The notes: generated by a model not told the origin, from the sequence alone. Positions 47,178 to 58,442 are shown, numbered from the stretch's first letter. The stretch: DNA of 64,000 bases from Deferribacterales bacterium (GCA_050253075.1 JBFWJS010000007.1:113801-177800); one strand, 5' to 3'. Numbers and translations: made by a program.

Positions 47178-49463
47178 ATGCACGAAGAGAGAGGGATATA
47201 CCTCGAGCTGCTTTTCGAGATAAAGCAGGCAGAGGCAGACTATTACAAAAATCCTGAAAAGTACCTTAAAAAGATAACTAACATACAGAGCCGTCAGAAT
47301 GAACATCTGGCGGCTCTTGCTGTTTCCATAATAGAAGATCCGAATCCTTCCACGGACAGGCTGAACGAGATGCTTGCCGAGCTGTCCATAGCGGCGCAGA
47401 AGCTCACTGTTAAAGACGAGATGAAGCCGGTATCCGTCGGCGAACTCCCAGGAATAGGGAAAAAAGCCGTCGAATCACTCAAAAAACAGCACATAGAAAC
47501 TGTCGAAGACGTGCTGTATAACTTCCCCTACAGATACGAATACATAGGCGAATCCAGAAGCGGGAAAAAGGCTCTCACGGGCGTTTTCCAGACGGGGGCC
47601 GTGGTATTCACCAAAAACCGCAAACGTATATATAAAGCCGTGTTTAAGACCGACTTCGGACAGTTCGCTGCGGTGTGGTTCCGCTTTTCTGCGGGATATC
47701 CCTCGGGCGTGCTGAAAGAAGGGAAGACATACACTCTGTACGGTCAGTCCGGGTCATTCAGCGGTATGGAGTCGATAATCCATCCGCAGTTCATGAAAGA
47801 ATCAGAGATGGGGCAGATAATCCCGATATATTCACTGCCGAAATCCGTAGCACAAAAGACATACTATGCGGCCGTCAATGCCGCTCTGGATAAATATCTG
47901 GGTACAATACCCGACCACCTGCCTGCGAGGATAGAGGAACACTATAAATTCCCCGATTCAAAGCACGCACTGCTGGAGATACACAGACCAAAGAACCCCT
48001 ACGAGCTGGAGGCTCTGGCAGAGAAACGCCACCCCGCAGCACGCAGGTTCATATACGAAGAACTCTTTTACCTTCAGATGGGGCTTTTATATAAGAAAAA
48101 GGCTTACGAACGTCAGCAGGGTACTGTTTTCGACATCCGAAAGGAGTATCTGGACTGGATAAAGGGTTTGCTTCCGTTTAAGTTTACCAACGCACAGCGA
48201 AGGGTTATAGCTGAGATATTCAACGATATGTCCTCTCCTAAGCAGATGAACAGGCTGGTTCAGGGGGATGTCGGCAGCGGTAAGACCATAGTGGCATTCA
48301 CGGCTGGGCTGACCGCAGTAAAGAACGGATATCAGGTGGCGGTGATAGCACCGACAGAAGTGCTCGCCAGACAGCATATGTCTAACCTGCTGAAACTTAT
48401 ACAGAAGACGAACGTCTCAGCCGTACTTTTGACAGGCTCTGTAACCCCTGCGGAAAAGCGTCGTACAAAGGAGCTTATCGCTGCCGGACATGTGGATTTT
48501 GTGGTCGGGACACACGCTGTGATACAGGAAGATGCCGACTTTGCAAAGCTCGGCCTCGCCATCATAGACGAACAGCACCGATTTGGTGTGGAGCAGAGGA
48601 AGTCTCTGATAGAAAAGGGCTATATGCCCGACATACTCCTTATGACCGCAACACCTATCCCGAGGACTCTTGCGCTCTCTTTCTACGGCGACCTCGACAT
48701 CAGCGTCATAGACGAACTGCCCCCCGGCAGAACACCGATAAAGACCGTGTCAGAGGCGAGCATAGAGCGTGTCTACCCTCTGATGCGTGACGAGATAAAG
48801 AAAGGACACGGAGTGTATGTGATATATCCCCTCATCGATACAAGCGAGAAGCTGGATCTGAAAGCAGCCACAGACGAACATCGTAAGCTCGCCGAGCATT
48901 TCGGAGCGGAGAATGTCGGCCTACTGCACGGTCGGATGAAGCACGAGCAGAAGCAGGAGCTTATGGACGCATTCAAAGCGGGTAAGATACAAATATTGGT
49001 ATCTACCACCGTCATAGAGGTCGGTGTGGATGTCCCTCAGGCTACTGTGATGGTTATAGAGAATGCCGAGCGTTTCGGGCTTTCACAGCTGCATCAGCTC
49101 AGGGGGCGGGTAGGGCGAAGCGACAGACAGTCCTATTGCGTACTTGTGGGTTCCGAGCATATATCCGAAGAGGCAAACGAACGGATAAATGCCATGTGCA
49201 GCTATGCCGACGGATTCAAACTGAGCGAGATAGACCTTGAGATGCGCGGCCCCGGAGACTTCTTCGGAACACGTCAGTCGGGTCTGCCTGAGTTCCGTTT
49301 TTCAAATATTGTACGTGATGTTAAAATCCTTCAGGGAGCGAGGGAAGACGCCGCCTCGGTGCTGGCTGACGATCCTGACCTTTCCAGTCCTAAAAATGCT
49401 GTCATCAAAGAAGTTTTAATGCGTAAATGGCGCGCTGAACTGGCTTATATAGAGATCGGCTGA
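47178..49463 (+). CDS. recG: ATP-dependent DNA helicase
   Basis: QGDVGSGKT, APTEVLA, DEQHRFG, TATPIPRT, QLHQLRGRVGR, RGPGDFFG.RQSG. Confidence 0.97.
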   Translation: MHEERGIYLELLFEIKQAEADYYKNPEKYLKKITNIQSRQNEHLAALAVSIIEDPNPSTDRLNEMLAELSIAAQKLTVKDEMKPVSVGELPGIGKKAVESLKKQHIETVEDVLYNFPYRYEYIGESRSGKKALTGVFQTGAVVFTKNRKRIYKAVFKTDFGQFAAVWFRFSAGYPSGVLKEGKTYTLYGQSGSFSGMESIIHPQFMKESEMGQIIPIYSLPKSVAQKTYYAAVNAALDKYLGTIPDHLPARIEEHYKFPDSKHALLEIHRPKNPYELEALAEKRHPAARRFIYEELFYLQMGLLYKKKAYERQQGTVFDIRKEYLDWIKGLLPFKFTNAQRRVIAEIFNDMSSPKQMNRLVQGDVGSGKTIVAFTAGLTAVKNGYQVAVIAPTEVLARQHMSNLLKLIQKTNVSAVLLTGSVTPAEKRRTKELIAAGHVDFVVGTHAVIQEDADFAKLGLAIIDEQHRFGVEQRKSLIEKGYMPDILLMTATPIPRTLALSFYGDLDISVIDELPPGRTPIKTVSEASIERVYPLMRDEIKKGHGVYVIYPLIDTSEKLDLKAATDEHRKLAEHFGAENVGLLHGRMKHEQKQELMDAFKAGKIQILVSTTVIEVGVDVPQATVMVIENAERFGLSQLHQLRGRVGRSDRQSYCVLVGSEHISEEANERINAMCSYADGFKLSEIDLEMRGPGDFFGTRQSGLPEFRFSNIVRDVKILQGAREDAASVLADDPDLSSPKNAVIKEVLMRKWRAELAYIEIG

Positions 49464-49551
49464 TACCTCTTCATTAATATCTGAGATTTAATTGATTTAT
49501 AGGATTTAGTGCGGTTTAATATAATTAGTAACACATTCAGGAGGCACGCCG

Positions 49552-50091
49552 ATGCAGTTAGTAAAGTTGACAGAAGAACAGCTGAAGAACATCAGCTCCG
49601 GTATTAACCTGCAGAGAGCCGAAAACTATGTTGGGAAGTTTATCAACTGCTCCGTAGACGACTCTTTCATCAAAGGAACGATACGAGGCAACCACGGCGA
49701 CTATACGGTCACCCTGAAGATCGACGTAGATCCGATAGAATACTCATGCGACTGTGAAAAAGGTAAAGATGTTTTTTGCAAGCACGCCGCAGCTCTGGGG
49801 CTCACCTATATCTACACTCCCTGGGTATTCGCCAGTAACCAGATAATCGACAGAAAATCTCTCCGTACAACAGACGAGATCAAGTTCTACATCAAGACAA
49901 CACCGCTGAAACAGCTTCTTGATGACCTTAAAACTATCAATGTATCCGTATCTCAGCTCGCAGACCTTTCGGGTATTCCTATCAAAAGGATAGCCTCGCT
50001 TGTCAAAGACGACTCTATGGATACGAACCACAACCTGACCGACCCTTTAAAACTTTCGTGCCTTTTCTTATTAGAAAAGTATTCAGCTTAA
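49552..50091 (+). CDS. SWIM zinc-finger protein with a possible C-terminal HTH
   Basis: CDC-x7-CKH; SVSQLADLSGIPIKRIASL looks HTH-like; AGGAGG upstream. Confidence 0.78.
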   Translation: MQLVKLTEEQLKNISSGINLQRAENYVGKFINCSVDDSFIKGTIRGNHGDYTVTLKIDVDPIEYSCDCEKGKDVFCKHAAALGLTYIYTPWVFASNQIIDRKSLRTTDEIKFYIKTTPLKQLLDDLKTINVSVSQLADLSGIPIKRIASLVKDDSMDTNHNLTDPLKLSCLFLLEKYSA

Positions 50092-50097
50092 AAAAAC

Positions 50098-50126
50098 AAA
50101 GCCCCTTTTAGCGAGGGGCTTTTTTT
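50098..50126 (+). terminator. Intrinsic terminator
   Basis: AAAGCCCCTT-ttagc-GAGGGGCTTTTTTT. Confidence 0.88.
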
Positions 50127-50323
50127 ATTTCTAAATTTAGGTGTAAGAAAGCGAAAAAATAATTTAATATATCCTTGTGTTTTCCACTCAGATTTGTTAA
50201 AAAATTGAAGTTTTGCCCTGCGGTTTTAAAGGTTAGAACCGCACGTTTCGGGGCAGGGCTGTATTTTGATAGAATACCAACACCTTAGCAGGTGTTAAGT
50301 TATACAAGTTCAGGAGGCTCGTC

Positions 50324-53300
50324 TTGCCAAAAAGAGAAGATCTCAAATCCATTATGATCATAGGCTCCGGTCCGATTGTTATCGGTCAGGCCTGCGAATT
50401 CGACTATTCCGGTACTCAGGCTGTAAAAGCTCTTAAAGAAGAAGGTTACAGGGTTATCCTTATCAACTCTAACCCTGCGACTATCATGACAGACCCTGAG
50501 ATAGCCGATGCAACATACATAGAGCCCCTCACTGTCGAGATGGCGGAAAAGATACTCGAGAAAGAGCGTCCGGACGCTATCCTGCCTACTGTCGGCGGTC
50601 AGACAGCGCTTAACCTTGCGAAAGATATACACGATGCAGGTCTGCTTGAGAAATACAACGTAGAGCTCATCGGTGCGAAGATAGAGGCCATAGACAAGGC
50701 CGAAGACAGAGAGCTCTTCAAACAGGCAATGCAGAAGATAGGTCTTAACCTGCCCGCAAGCTCAGTGTGCAACACTTATCAGGATGCACTGGACTGCATA
50801 GACGAGATAGGCTTCCCGGCTATCATACGCCCTTCATTCACACTCGGCGGTACAGGCGGAAACGTAGCCTACAACATGGAAGAGTACAAAGAATATGTAG
50901 AATGGGGTCTTGAGGCTTCACCCGTTACAGAGATACTTGTAGAAAAATCCGTTCTGGGATGGAAGGAATACGAACTTGAGGTTATGCGTGACCTCAACGA
51001 CAACGTAGTTATCATCTGTTCCATCGAAAACGTGGACGCCATGGGCGTACATACAGGCGACAGCATAACAGTCGCTCCTGCACAGACTCTCACAGATAAA
51101 GAGTATCAGGAGCTCAGAAACGCTTCTATCAAGGTTATCCGTGAGATCGGCGTTGATACGGGCGGTTCGAACGTACAGTTCGCCGTAAACCCTGCTACAG
51201 GCGAGCAGATCATCATCGAGATGAACCCCAGGGTTTCCCGAAGCTCCGCACTTGCTTCCAAAGCGACAGGCTTCCCGATCGCTAAGATAGCTGCAAAACT
51301 GGCTGTGGGATACACACTGGACGAGCTTAAAAACGACATTACTCTTAAGACACCTGCATCTTTCGAACCTACGATAGACTACTGTGTTACAAAGTGGCCT
51401 AGATTTACATTCGAAAAGTTCCCCGGTGCTGATAACACTCTCACAACACAGATGAAATCCGTGGGTGAGGCTATGGCTATCGGACGTACATTCAAAGAAT
51501 CCTTCCAGAAGGCTATCAGCTCACTTGAAATAGGCAAGTCAGGCTTTGACCCTATATTCACAGAAGAAGAGCTGAAAACAGAGAAAGCTCAGGACGAGAT
51601 CAAAGCATACCTCCGCAGACCTACAGCAGAGCGTATGTGGTACCTTGCCGATGCTTTCCGCAGCGGAATGACAATAGAAGAGGTTCACGAGCTTTGCTTT
51701 ATAGACCCGTGGTTCCTCTTTAATATCAAACAGATAATAGACTTTGAAGCTGAGCTGAAAGAGCTCACCATCATGACAATAGACGCGCCTACATTTAAAA
51801 AGGCAAAGGAATACGGCTTTTCAGACAAACGCCTTGCTGCGCTCCTCGGATGCAGCGAGCTCGACGTATGGGAAAAGACAAAGGGCAGGGTAGTCTATAA
51901 ACGTGTGGACACCTGTGGTGCAGAGTTCGAATCCTTCACCCCTTACCTCTACAGCACATATGAGCGTGAGTGTGAGGCAGAGCCTACAGACAGAAAGAAG
52001 ATAATGATACTCGGCGGCGGACCTAACCGTATCGGACAGGGTATCGAGTTCGACTACTGCTGTGTACACGCTTCCTTCGCCCTCGAAGAGATGGGCTTTG
52101 AAACTATCATGGTAAACTGTAACCCTGAAACAGTTTCAACAGACTACGACACATCAGACAGACTCTACTTTGAGCCGCTCACACGTGAGCATGTTCTGAA
52201 CATAGTACAGAAAGAGAAGCCTGTCGGCGTTATCGTACAGTTCGGCGGTCAGACACCTCTGAAACTCGCTGTGCCTCTCGAAAAGGCAGGCGTGCCGATA
52301 CTCGGTACATCACCGGACAGCATCGACTGTGCAGAGGACAGAGAGCGTTTCAAGGCTCTCATGCATAAACTCGACATCATGCAGCCCGCAAACGGCATAG
52401 CAAAAGCCGCAGAAGAGGCTTATAAGATAGCGGACGAGATAGGATATCCTGTTGTAGTACGCCCTTCGTACGTTCTCGGCGGACGTGCTATGGAGATCGT
52501 ATACGACAGAGAATCCCTTGAGAACTACATGATACACGCCGTTAAAGCGAGCGAAGATCATCCCGTGCTCATCGATAAATACCTGCTGAACGCTACAGAA
52601 GTGGATGTAGACTCCATCAGCGACGGCGAGACATGTGTTGTCGGCTCTATCATGCAGCATATTGAGGAAGCGGGTGTTCACTCAGGCGACTCCGCATGCT
52701 CCATCCCTACACGCACCATCAGCGAATCCGTTAGGGCAGAGCTCATGGCTAAAACCAAGCAGATAGCGAAAGAGCTTAAAGTTATCGGTCTTATGAACAT
52801 TCAGTACGCCATCAAAGGCGACCAGATATATATGCTCGAGGTAAACCCCAGAGCATCCAGAACCATCCCATACGTGAGCAAATCCATAGGCGTTCCTCTG
52901 GCGAAGCTCGCAGCGAAGGTTATGGCGGGTGCAAAGCTGAAAGACCTCGGCTTTACAAAGGAAGTAGACATCAGCTACTACACTGTTAAAGAGTCCGTAT
53001 TCCCATTCGTAAAATTCCCCGGAACAGACATCGTCCTCGGACCAGAGATGAAGTCCACCGGTGAAGTTATGGGTATAGACTATGACTACGGTGCAGCACA
53101 ATACAAAGCACAGCTCGCAGCGGGCAACAAACTGCCTAAGCAGGGGCTTGTGTTCATCAGTGTACGTGATAAGGCTAAGCAGGAGATCCTCGAGATAGCC
53201 AAAGACCTTCAGGCACTCGGTTTCGGACTTATATCTACATCAGGTACTTATAAGTTCCTCATTGATAACGGGCTCGAGGTTGAGAAGGTGGCGAAGGTAC

Positions 53301-53545
53301 ACGAAGGGGTCAGACCAAACGTTGTGGATAAGATAAAGAACGGCAAGATCGCCTTTGTTATCAACATCCCTGAGGGTAAGAAATCCCGTCTGGACGGTGA
53401 GTCCATCAGACGTGTAATGCTGAGCTACAGCGTGCCTTACGTGACATCGCTCGAAGCTGCGAGAGCTTCCGTGATAGCTATCAAAGCAAGCCAGAAGGGC
53501 GTAAGCGTAACACCTATACAGGAATACTACACCAGAGGTAAGTAA
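50324..53545 (+). CDS. carB: Carbamoyl-phosphate synthase large subunit
   Basis: [22 protein letters not shown], duplicated ATP-grasp (EMNPRVSRS and EVNPRASR); TTG start after AGGAGG. Confidence 0.98.
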   Translation: MPKREDLKSIMIIGSGPIVIGQACEFDYSGTQAVKALKEEGYRVILINSNPATIMTDPEIADATYIEPLTVEMAEKILEKERPDAILPTVGGQTALNLAKDIHDAGLLEKYNVELIGAKIEAIDKAEDRELFKQAMQKIGLNLPASSVCNTYQDALDCIDEIGFPAIIRPSFTLGGTGGNVAYNMEEYKEYVEWGLEASPVTEILVEKSVLGWKEYELEVMRDLNDNVVIICSIENVDAMGVHTGDSITVAPAQTLTDKEYQELRNASIKVIREIGVDTGGSNVQFAVNPATGEQIIIEMNPRVSRSSALASKATGFPIAKIAAKLAVGYTLDELKNDITLKTPASFEPTIDYCVTKWPRFTFEKFPGADNTLTTQMKSVGEAMAIGRTFKESFQKAISSLEIGKSGFDPIFTEEELKTEKAQDEIKAYLRRPTAERMWYLADAFRSGMTIEEVHELCFIDPWFLFNIKQIIDFEAELKELTIMTIDAPTFKKAKEYGFSDKRLAALLGCSELDVWEKTKGRVVYKRVDTCGAEFESFTPYLYSTYERECEAEPTDRKKIMILGGGPNRIGQGIEFDYCCVHASFALEEMGFETIMVNCNPETVSTDYDTSDRLYFEPLTREHVLNIVQKEKPVGVIVQFGGQTPLKLAVPLEKAGVPILGTSPDSIDCAEDRERFKALMHKLDIMQPANGIAKAAEEAYKIADEIGYPVVVRPSYVLGGRAMEIVYDRESLENYMIHAVKASEDHPVLIDKYLLNATEVDVDSISDGETCVVGSIMQHIEEAGVHSGDSACSIPTRTISESVRAELMAKTKQIAKELKVIGLMNIQYAIKGDQIYMLEVNPRASRTIPYVSKSIGVPLAKLAAKVMAGAKLKDLGFTKEVDISYYTVKESVFPFVKFPGTDIVLGPEMKSTGEVMGIDYDYGAAQYKAQLAAGNKLPKQGLVFISVRDKAKQEILEIAKDLQALGFGLISTSGTYKFLIDNGLEVEKVAKVHEGVRPNVVDKIKNGKIAFVINIPEGKKSRLDGESIRRVMLSYSVPYVTSLEAARASVIAIKASQKGVSVTPIQEYYTRGK

Positions 53546-54327
53546 TGGAAGGTAAGATCGTACAAAACAAAAAGCTGAACGATAAGTATTACCTGCTGGA
53601 GATAAAATGTGAGGAATTTGTCCGCAGTGCAAAGGTCGGGCAGTTCATCATGATAAACACACGTCACCACGACTATACAAACGACCCTCTGCTCCGCCGT
53701 CCTTTAGGTGTTGCAGACATCAACGGTGATAAATTCACCCTTGTGTATATGGTGGTGGGTAAGGGGACTATGCTCCTCAGCGAGATGAAGAAGGGCGATA
53801 AGATCAGCTTTTCCGCTCCTCTCGGCAGCACATTCACCCTTGTGGATAAACAGCGTACGGCACTTGTCGCAGGCGGTATAGGCATTGCGCCTGTTTACTG
53901 GCTGGCGAAAACTCTTAAGGACAGAGGCTGTGTGGTAGACCTTTACTACGGCGGTCGTACTGTTGACGACGTTGTTCTCCTCGAAGAACTCAAGGAAAAC
54001 ACCGATCATCTGATAGTTACAACAGACGACGGCTCAGCAGGTATCAAAGGTCTGGTGACAGAACCATTCGCTGAAAACCTCGCTTCATACGACATGGTTT
54101 ACACATGTGGACCTAAAGGAATGTTAAGAGCTGTCAGTGAAATATGTGTAAAATCTGAAGTACCTGTTGAAGTGTCTCTGGATGAGAGAATGGCCTGTGG
54201 ACTCGGTGCATGCCTCGGATGTATCATCTATGTGAAAGAGGGCGAGAATGTCGTTCAGAAGAGATGCTGTGTCGAGGGACCTGTCTTTGACGGTTCTGTT
54301 GTTGTCTGGGATTCAGTTTGTAAATAA
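53545..54327 (+). CDS. pyrK: Dihydroorotate dehydrogenase electron transfer subunit
   Basis: GQF, LRRP, GGIGIAP, TDDGS.G, CGP, MACGLGACLGC...C.EGPVF. Confidence 0.95.
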   Translation: MEGKIVQNKKLNDKYYLLEIKCEEFVRSAKVGQFIMINTRHHDYTNDPLLRRPLGVADINGDKFTLVYMVVGKGTMLLSEMKKGDKISFSAPLGSTFTLVDKQRTALVAGGIGIAPVYWLAKTLKDRGCVVDLYYGGRTVDDVVLLEELKENTDHLIVTTDDGSAGIKGLVTEPFAENLASYDMVYTCGPKGMLRAVSEICVKSEVPVEVSLDERMACGLGACLGCIIYVKEGENVVQKRCCVEGPVFDGSVVVWDSVCK

Positions 54328-54338
54328 AGCATATAAAT

Positions 54339-54441
54339 GTCACTGCGAGGGGACTATTTGAGTTTCCGAAGCAGTCTTCCAATGAGGGTTACATAACCAA
54401 GTTGGAAGATCACCGCAACTCCTGCGGAGTTTCGTGATGAC
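54339..54441 (+). repeat. REP/RPE-like palindromic element inside the pyrK-pyrD spacer
   Basis: Terminal arms GTCACTGCGAGG...TTTCGTGATGAC; inner stem TCTTCCAAT/GTTGGAAGA; side hairpins. Confidence 0.65.
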
Positions 54442-54466
54442 CCATACGATTTTCGGAGAATAAAAG

Positions 54467-55387
54467 ATGAGCGATAGATTAAAAACCACATTTTGCGGAG
54501 TAGAGTTTAAAAACCCTATAATCACGGCGAGCGGAACATTCGGCTATGGTCTGGAATATGCCAGACACGTCGATATAAGCAGGCTGGGCGGTATATCCGT
54601 AAAGGGTATATCTCTGCACGAGGTACAGGGGAACCCTATGCCCCGCATCATGGAGACCACATCAGGCATGCTGAACGCCATCGGGCTTCAGAACGTGGGC
54701 GTAGAAAGATTCCTCAAGGAAAAGCTCCCTGCACTCCGTAAATACGATACAAAAGTGATAGTCAACTTCTGGGGTAAGACGCTCGATGAGTATGTCGAGG
54801 TCGCCAGAATACTGGACGAAGCCGATGTCGATATGCTCGAGATGAACATCTCCTGCCCGAATATAAAAGAGGGCGGTATCGCTTTCGGTACTGATCCGAA
54901 GATGACATTCGAAGTGACTCATCAGGTTAAAAAAGTCCTTAAAAACAAACCTCTTATGGTTAAGCTCAGCCCGAACGTAACAAACATAAGAGTATTCGCC
55001 AAAGCATGTGAAGAGGCAGGCGCAGACGCCATCAGCGCCATAAACACTCTGCTAGGCATGTCTATCAATATACATACGAAAAAACCGCACATATCAAACG
55101 TCACAGGCGGTCTGTCAGGTCCGGCTATAAAGCCTGTCGCCATCAGAATGGTGCATGAGACATTCAACACCGTGAAGATACCTATCATGGGCATCGGCGG
55201 TATCACAAACTGGCAGGATATCGTGGAATTTTCACTTGTCGGTGCATCTGCCATGCAGGTGGGTACAGTGAATTTTGTCGATCCTCAGATACCTCTGAAT
55301 ATCATCGACGACCTTGATAAATATCTGGCAGACAACGGGATTAATAATCTGTCAGACTTAAAGGGCACTGTAGACCTCTCCAGGTAA
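54467..55387 (+). CDS. pyrD: Dihydroorotate dehydrogenase, family 1B catalytic subunit
   Basis: ASGTFG, NAIGLQN, NISCPN, KLSPN, INT, GGLSGPAIKP. Confidence 0.97.
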   Translation: MSDRLKTTFCGVEFKNPIITASGTFGYGLEYARHVDISRLGGISVKGISLHEVQGNPMPRIMETTSGMLNAIGLQNVGVERFLKEKLPALRKYDTKVIVNFWGKTLDEYVEVARILDEADVDMLEMNISCPNIKEGGIAFGTDPKMTFEVTHQVKKVLKNKPLMVKLSPNVTNIRVFAKACEEAGADAISAINTLLGMSINIHTKKPHISNVTGGLSGPAIKPVAIRMVHETFNTVKIPIMGIGGITNWQDIVEFSLVGASAMQVGTVNFVDPQIPLNIIDDLDKYLADNGINNLSDLKGTVDLSR

Positions 55388-55457
55388 AAAGATTTTACAT
55401 TTGATAATCTTTCTAATGGTATTATAATTAAATTAATAATACACAAAGAGAGAAAAA

Positions 55458-58442
55458 ATGATTATCAGATCAGGATCGAAAAAACAGTTAATTTACCTGA
55501 TAATATTCATATTTTTAGTCGTTGGAGTTACGTCTACCCTCAGTGTTTACACATCTTATAAGGTTCGGGGCTTCTTTATCGATAACTCCAAGAAGCTGTT
55601 AGAGAACACTATCTTCCTTCTGAAAGAGTCTGTGGATCAGTTTTATAAGCAGACTTTGGACAATGTTTCCGCTAATTTTAACCTTTTCCATTCAGAGATA
55701 TACAATAAAGGCAGTTTCAGTATGGACAGGTCTAAAACCATAAAGCAGGCCGCCACCAATCAGATAACCAATATAAAGAAAGAAGTAGACCTGAATATCA
55801 TGATGTATGACGGGAAGCCAGTTCTGAACAACTTCAAGCTGGTCGACTCCATCGTAGACAGGGTAAGGGTTGAAGGGGTGACGACCACTATATTTCAGGT
55901 GATAGACAACGGCATCCTGCGTATAACCACTAATGTCAAAAAACTGAACGGTGACAGAGCAGTAGGTACTTTTATACCTTCTGATTCGATAGTCTACCGC
56001 ACGGTAATGTCGGGTAATAAATACAGCGGCAGAGCATACGTTGTAAACCAGTGGTACTGGACGGTGTATGAGCCCATATTCTCAGACGGAGAAATAATCG
56101 GCGTGCTCTACATGGGCATTCAGGAATCCGTGCTGCTCAACGCTCTACGGAGAACCTTTGACTCGGTTACTATTGGTTTGTCCGGATATCCATTTTTAAT
56201 GGATGCAGACGGACATCTTATAATACATCCATTCAGTGAGAACTCGAGCCTGAAAGATGTTGCTACATCCGACGGAAAGGTTCTATACGACATAATGATC
56301 AGTCAGCGTAGCGGGTGGGTGGAGTATAAATATCCGAAGCCTAACGACATAGCCACAGAATATGTTAAGCTGACCAGATTTATGACTGTGGACGGCCTCG
56401 GCTGGGTCGTCGGTGCAGGTGTTTATGAGGATGAGTTTTACACCGATTTTGCCCACTACGAGATATTCTACATTATCGTCCTGATGATAGTCATTACCGT
56501 GACAGGCAGCATTGTCGCTTTTAATATATTCAAGACAAACCGAAAACTCGTTAATCAATCAATAAAGCTCCAGCAGCTTGCTCTGGATGCGGAAAATGCG
56601 AATATAGCCAAGTCTGCGTTTCTGGCGAATATGAGCCACGAGATAAGGACACCGCTGAACTCTATACTAGGGTTCTCCGACCTTTTAAAAGCATCGGAGC
56701 TGAACCCGAAGGAGAAAGAGTTCGCAGAAACAATCTCTCAGGGGGCTTCTACGCTGCTCTCCATCATAAATGACATACTGGACATATCAAAGATCGAAAG
56801 CGGTAAGCTGGACCTTATAGACGAGGAATTCGACCTTCAGCACGTGCTGGACAACATCATCAAGATGATATCCGTCAGGGCGAAGCAGAAGGATATCAAG
56901 TTCTTTTACTTTTATGACACTGACATACCTTCGGAGATCATAGGCGACTCTGTGCGCCTCCAGCAGGTGCTGATGAACCTTTTGAGCAATGCCGTGAAGT
57001 TCACCGATGCAAACGGAGAGATAAACCTCACCGTACATCTGCTCTATAAAGGGACAGAGCATGAAACGCTGAAATTTAATGTATCAGACACAGGCATTGG
57101 TATACCGCAGGATGCTATAGATCAGATATTTGATCCGTTTAACCAGGCGGATGCAGGCATCAGCAGGAAATACGGCGGTACAGGGCTCGGGCTGACCATA
57201 TGCTCGAAGCTGGTTGAGATGATGGGCTCAAAGGTGAAGGTTGCCAGCGTCGCAGGGAAGGGGACCACATTCAGCTTTACCCTGCCTCTGAAAAAGGTCG
57301 ATTACGAATTTGATCATGTGGTTGAAAAACCTTTTAAAGACAGACATTTCTGCATAGCCGGCAATATGAGCGCATATGACAACATAAAACGTATGGTGGT
57401 GAGCTATCTGCGGAGCTTCGGCGATGTGGATTTCGTTAAGAATACAGACGGCAGGTGCGACATGGTCTTTTGTTTCAGTTCTGAAGAAGTAAAGGATCAT
57501 TACACAAATATAGATGAAAAGCTGACAGGCGTGCCTGTGGCATATGTAGGCGATGATTCTCACCTGACACCTGATACGATGAGCAAGGTGGACTATCTGA
57601 TAGATCACCCTATATACCTGTCGAAAGTGTATAATGCTATCATACAGGCGTGTGGTATAAATGAGATAGGAGGGCATGAGCTTTCCGCTGATACTGTCTT
57701 CAGAGGAGATGTGCTCGTCGCAGAGGATAACCATACGAATCAGCTACTGATAAAGATACTGCTGGAGAAATATAAGCTGAAAGCAGACTTCGTGGATAAC
57801 GGCCAGCAGGCATTGGATTACTGCAGGACTAAGAGACCTGATCTGATACTGATGGATATTAATATGCCTGTGATGGACGGCGTTACCGCATATTTCGAGA
57901 TAAAGAAGTTCTGTGCATCTGAGAAGGTGCCTATGATACCCGTTGTGGCTCTCACTGCCAATGCTGTTAAGGGCGACAGGGAGAAATATCTGGAAACAGG
58001 TATGAATGACTATCTGTCTAAACCGATAGATAATGCCGAGCTCCTGCGTGTGCTCTCTGCCTATCTGAAGAAAGAGAGCGGGGAAGACAAGGTTAGACAG
58101 CCTGCTGAAAAGGTTGCCGAGCAATACAGTGAAAAATACGACAAGCAGAAGAGCCTCGCAAAAGTAGGGATAAAAGAGCAGGACTACGACATGATAATCG
58201 ACCAGCTCTTTAAAAGCCTTGACGACGACCTGCGCAGGCTGGAAAAAGCTATACTTGACGAGGATATAAACAGTATCTACAGCATCATACACTACCTGAA
58301 AGGTGCCGCTTCTAACCTTCAGCTCACCCCTGTGGCGAAGCTGCTGGAAAAGTATAACGACAAAGCAAAAACGGGTGTGGTGAAAGGGTATGATACGGAG
58401 AAGATAAGAGCTCTCTTTGAAGAGATAAGAAAACAAATTTAG
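55458..58442 (+). CDS. Hybrid sensor histidine kinase (Cache sensor, HisKA, HATPase, receiver, HPt)
   Basis: TM-Cache region (RAVGT, Y.GRA.V); FLANMSHEIRTPLN, NAVKFT, DTGIG, GGTGLGL; AEDN...LMDINMP.MDG...KP; HYLKGAA. Confidence 0.93.
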   Translation: MIIRSGSKKQLIYLIIFIFLVVGVTSTLSVYTSYKVRGFFIDNSKKLLENTIFLLKESVDQFYKQTLDNVSANFNLFHSEIYNKGSFSMDRSKTIKQAATNQITNIKKEVDLNIMMYDGKPVLNNFKLVDSIVDRVRVEGVTTTIFQVIDNGILRITTNVKKLNGDRAVGTFIPSDSIVYRTVMSGNKYSGRAYVVNQWYWTVYEPIFSDGEIIGVLYMGIQESVLLNALRRTFDSVTIGLSGYPFLMDADGHLIIHPFSENSSLKDVATSDGKVLYDIMISQRSGWVEYKYPKPNDIATEYVKLTRFMTVDGLGWVVGAGVYEDEFYTDFAHYEIFYIIVLMIVITVTGSIVAFNIFKTNRKLVNQSIKLQQLALDAENANIAKSAFLANMSHEIRTPLNSILGFSDLLKASELNPKEKEFAETISQGASTLLSIINDILDISKIESGKLDLIDEEFDLQHVLDNIIKMISVRAKQKDIKFFYFYDTDIPSEIIGDSVRLQQVLMNLLSNAVKFTDANGEINLTVHLLYKGTEHETLKFNVSDTGIGIPQDAIDQIFDPFNQADAGISRKYGGTGLGLTICSKLVEMMGSKVKVASVAGKGTTFSFTLPLKKVDYEFDHVVEKPFKDRHFCIAGNMSAYDNIKRMVVSYLRSFGDVDFVKNTDGRCDMVFCFSSEEVKDHYTNIDEKLTGVPVAYVGDDSHLTPDTMSKVDYLIDHPIYLSKVYNAIIQACGINEIGGHELSADTVFRGDVLVAEDNHTNQLLIKILLEKYKLKADFVDNGQQALDYCRTKRPDLILMDINMPVMDGVTAYFEIKKFCASEKVPMIPVVALTANAVKGDREKYLETGMNDYLSKPIDNAELLRVLSAYLKKESGEDKVRQPAEKVAEQYSEKYDKQKSLAKVGIKEQDYDMIIDQLFKSLDDDLRRLEKAILDEDINSIYSIIHYLKGAASNLQLTPVAKLLEKYNDKAKTGVVKGYDTEKIRALFEEIRKQI

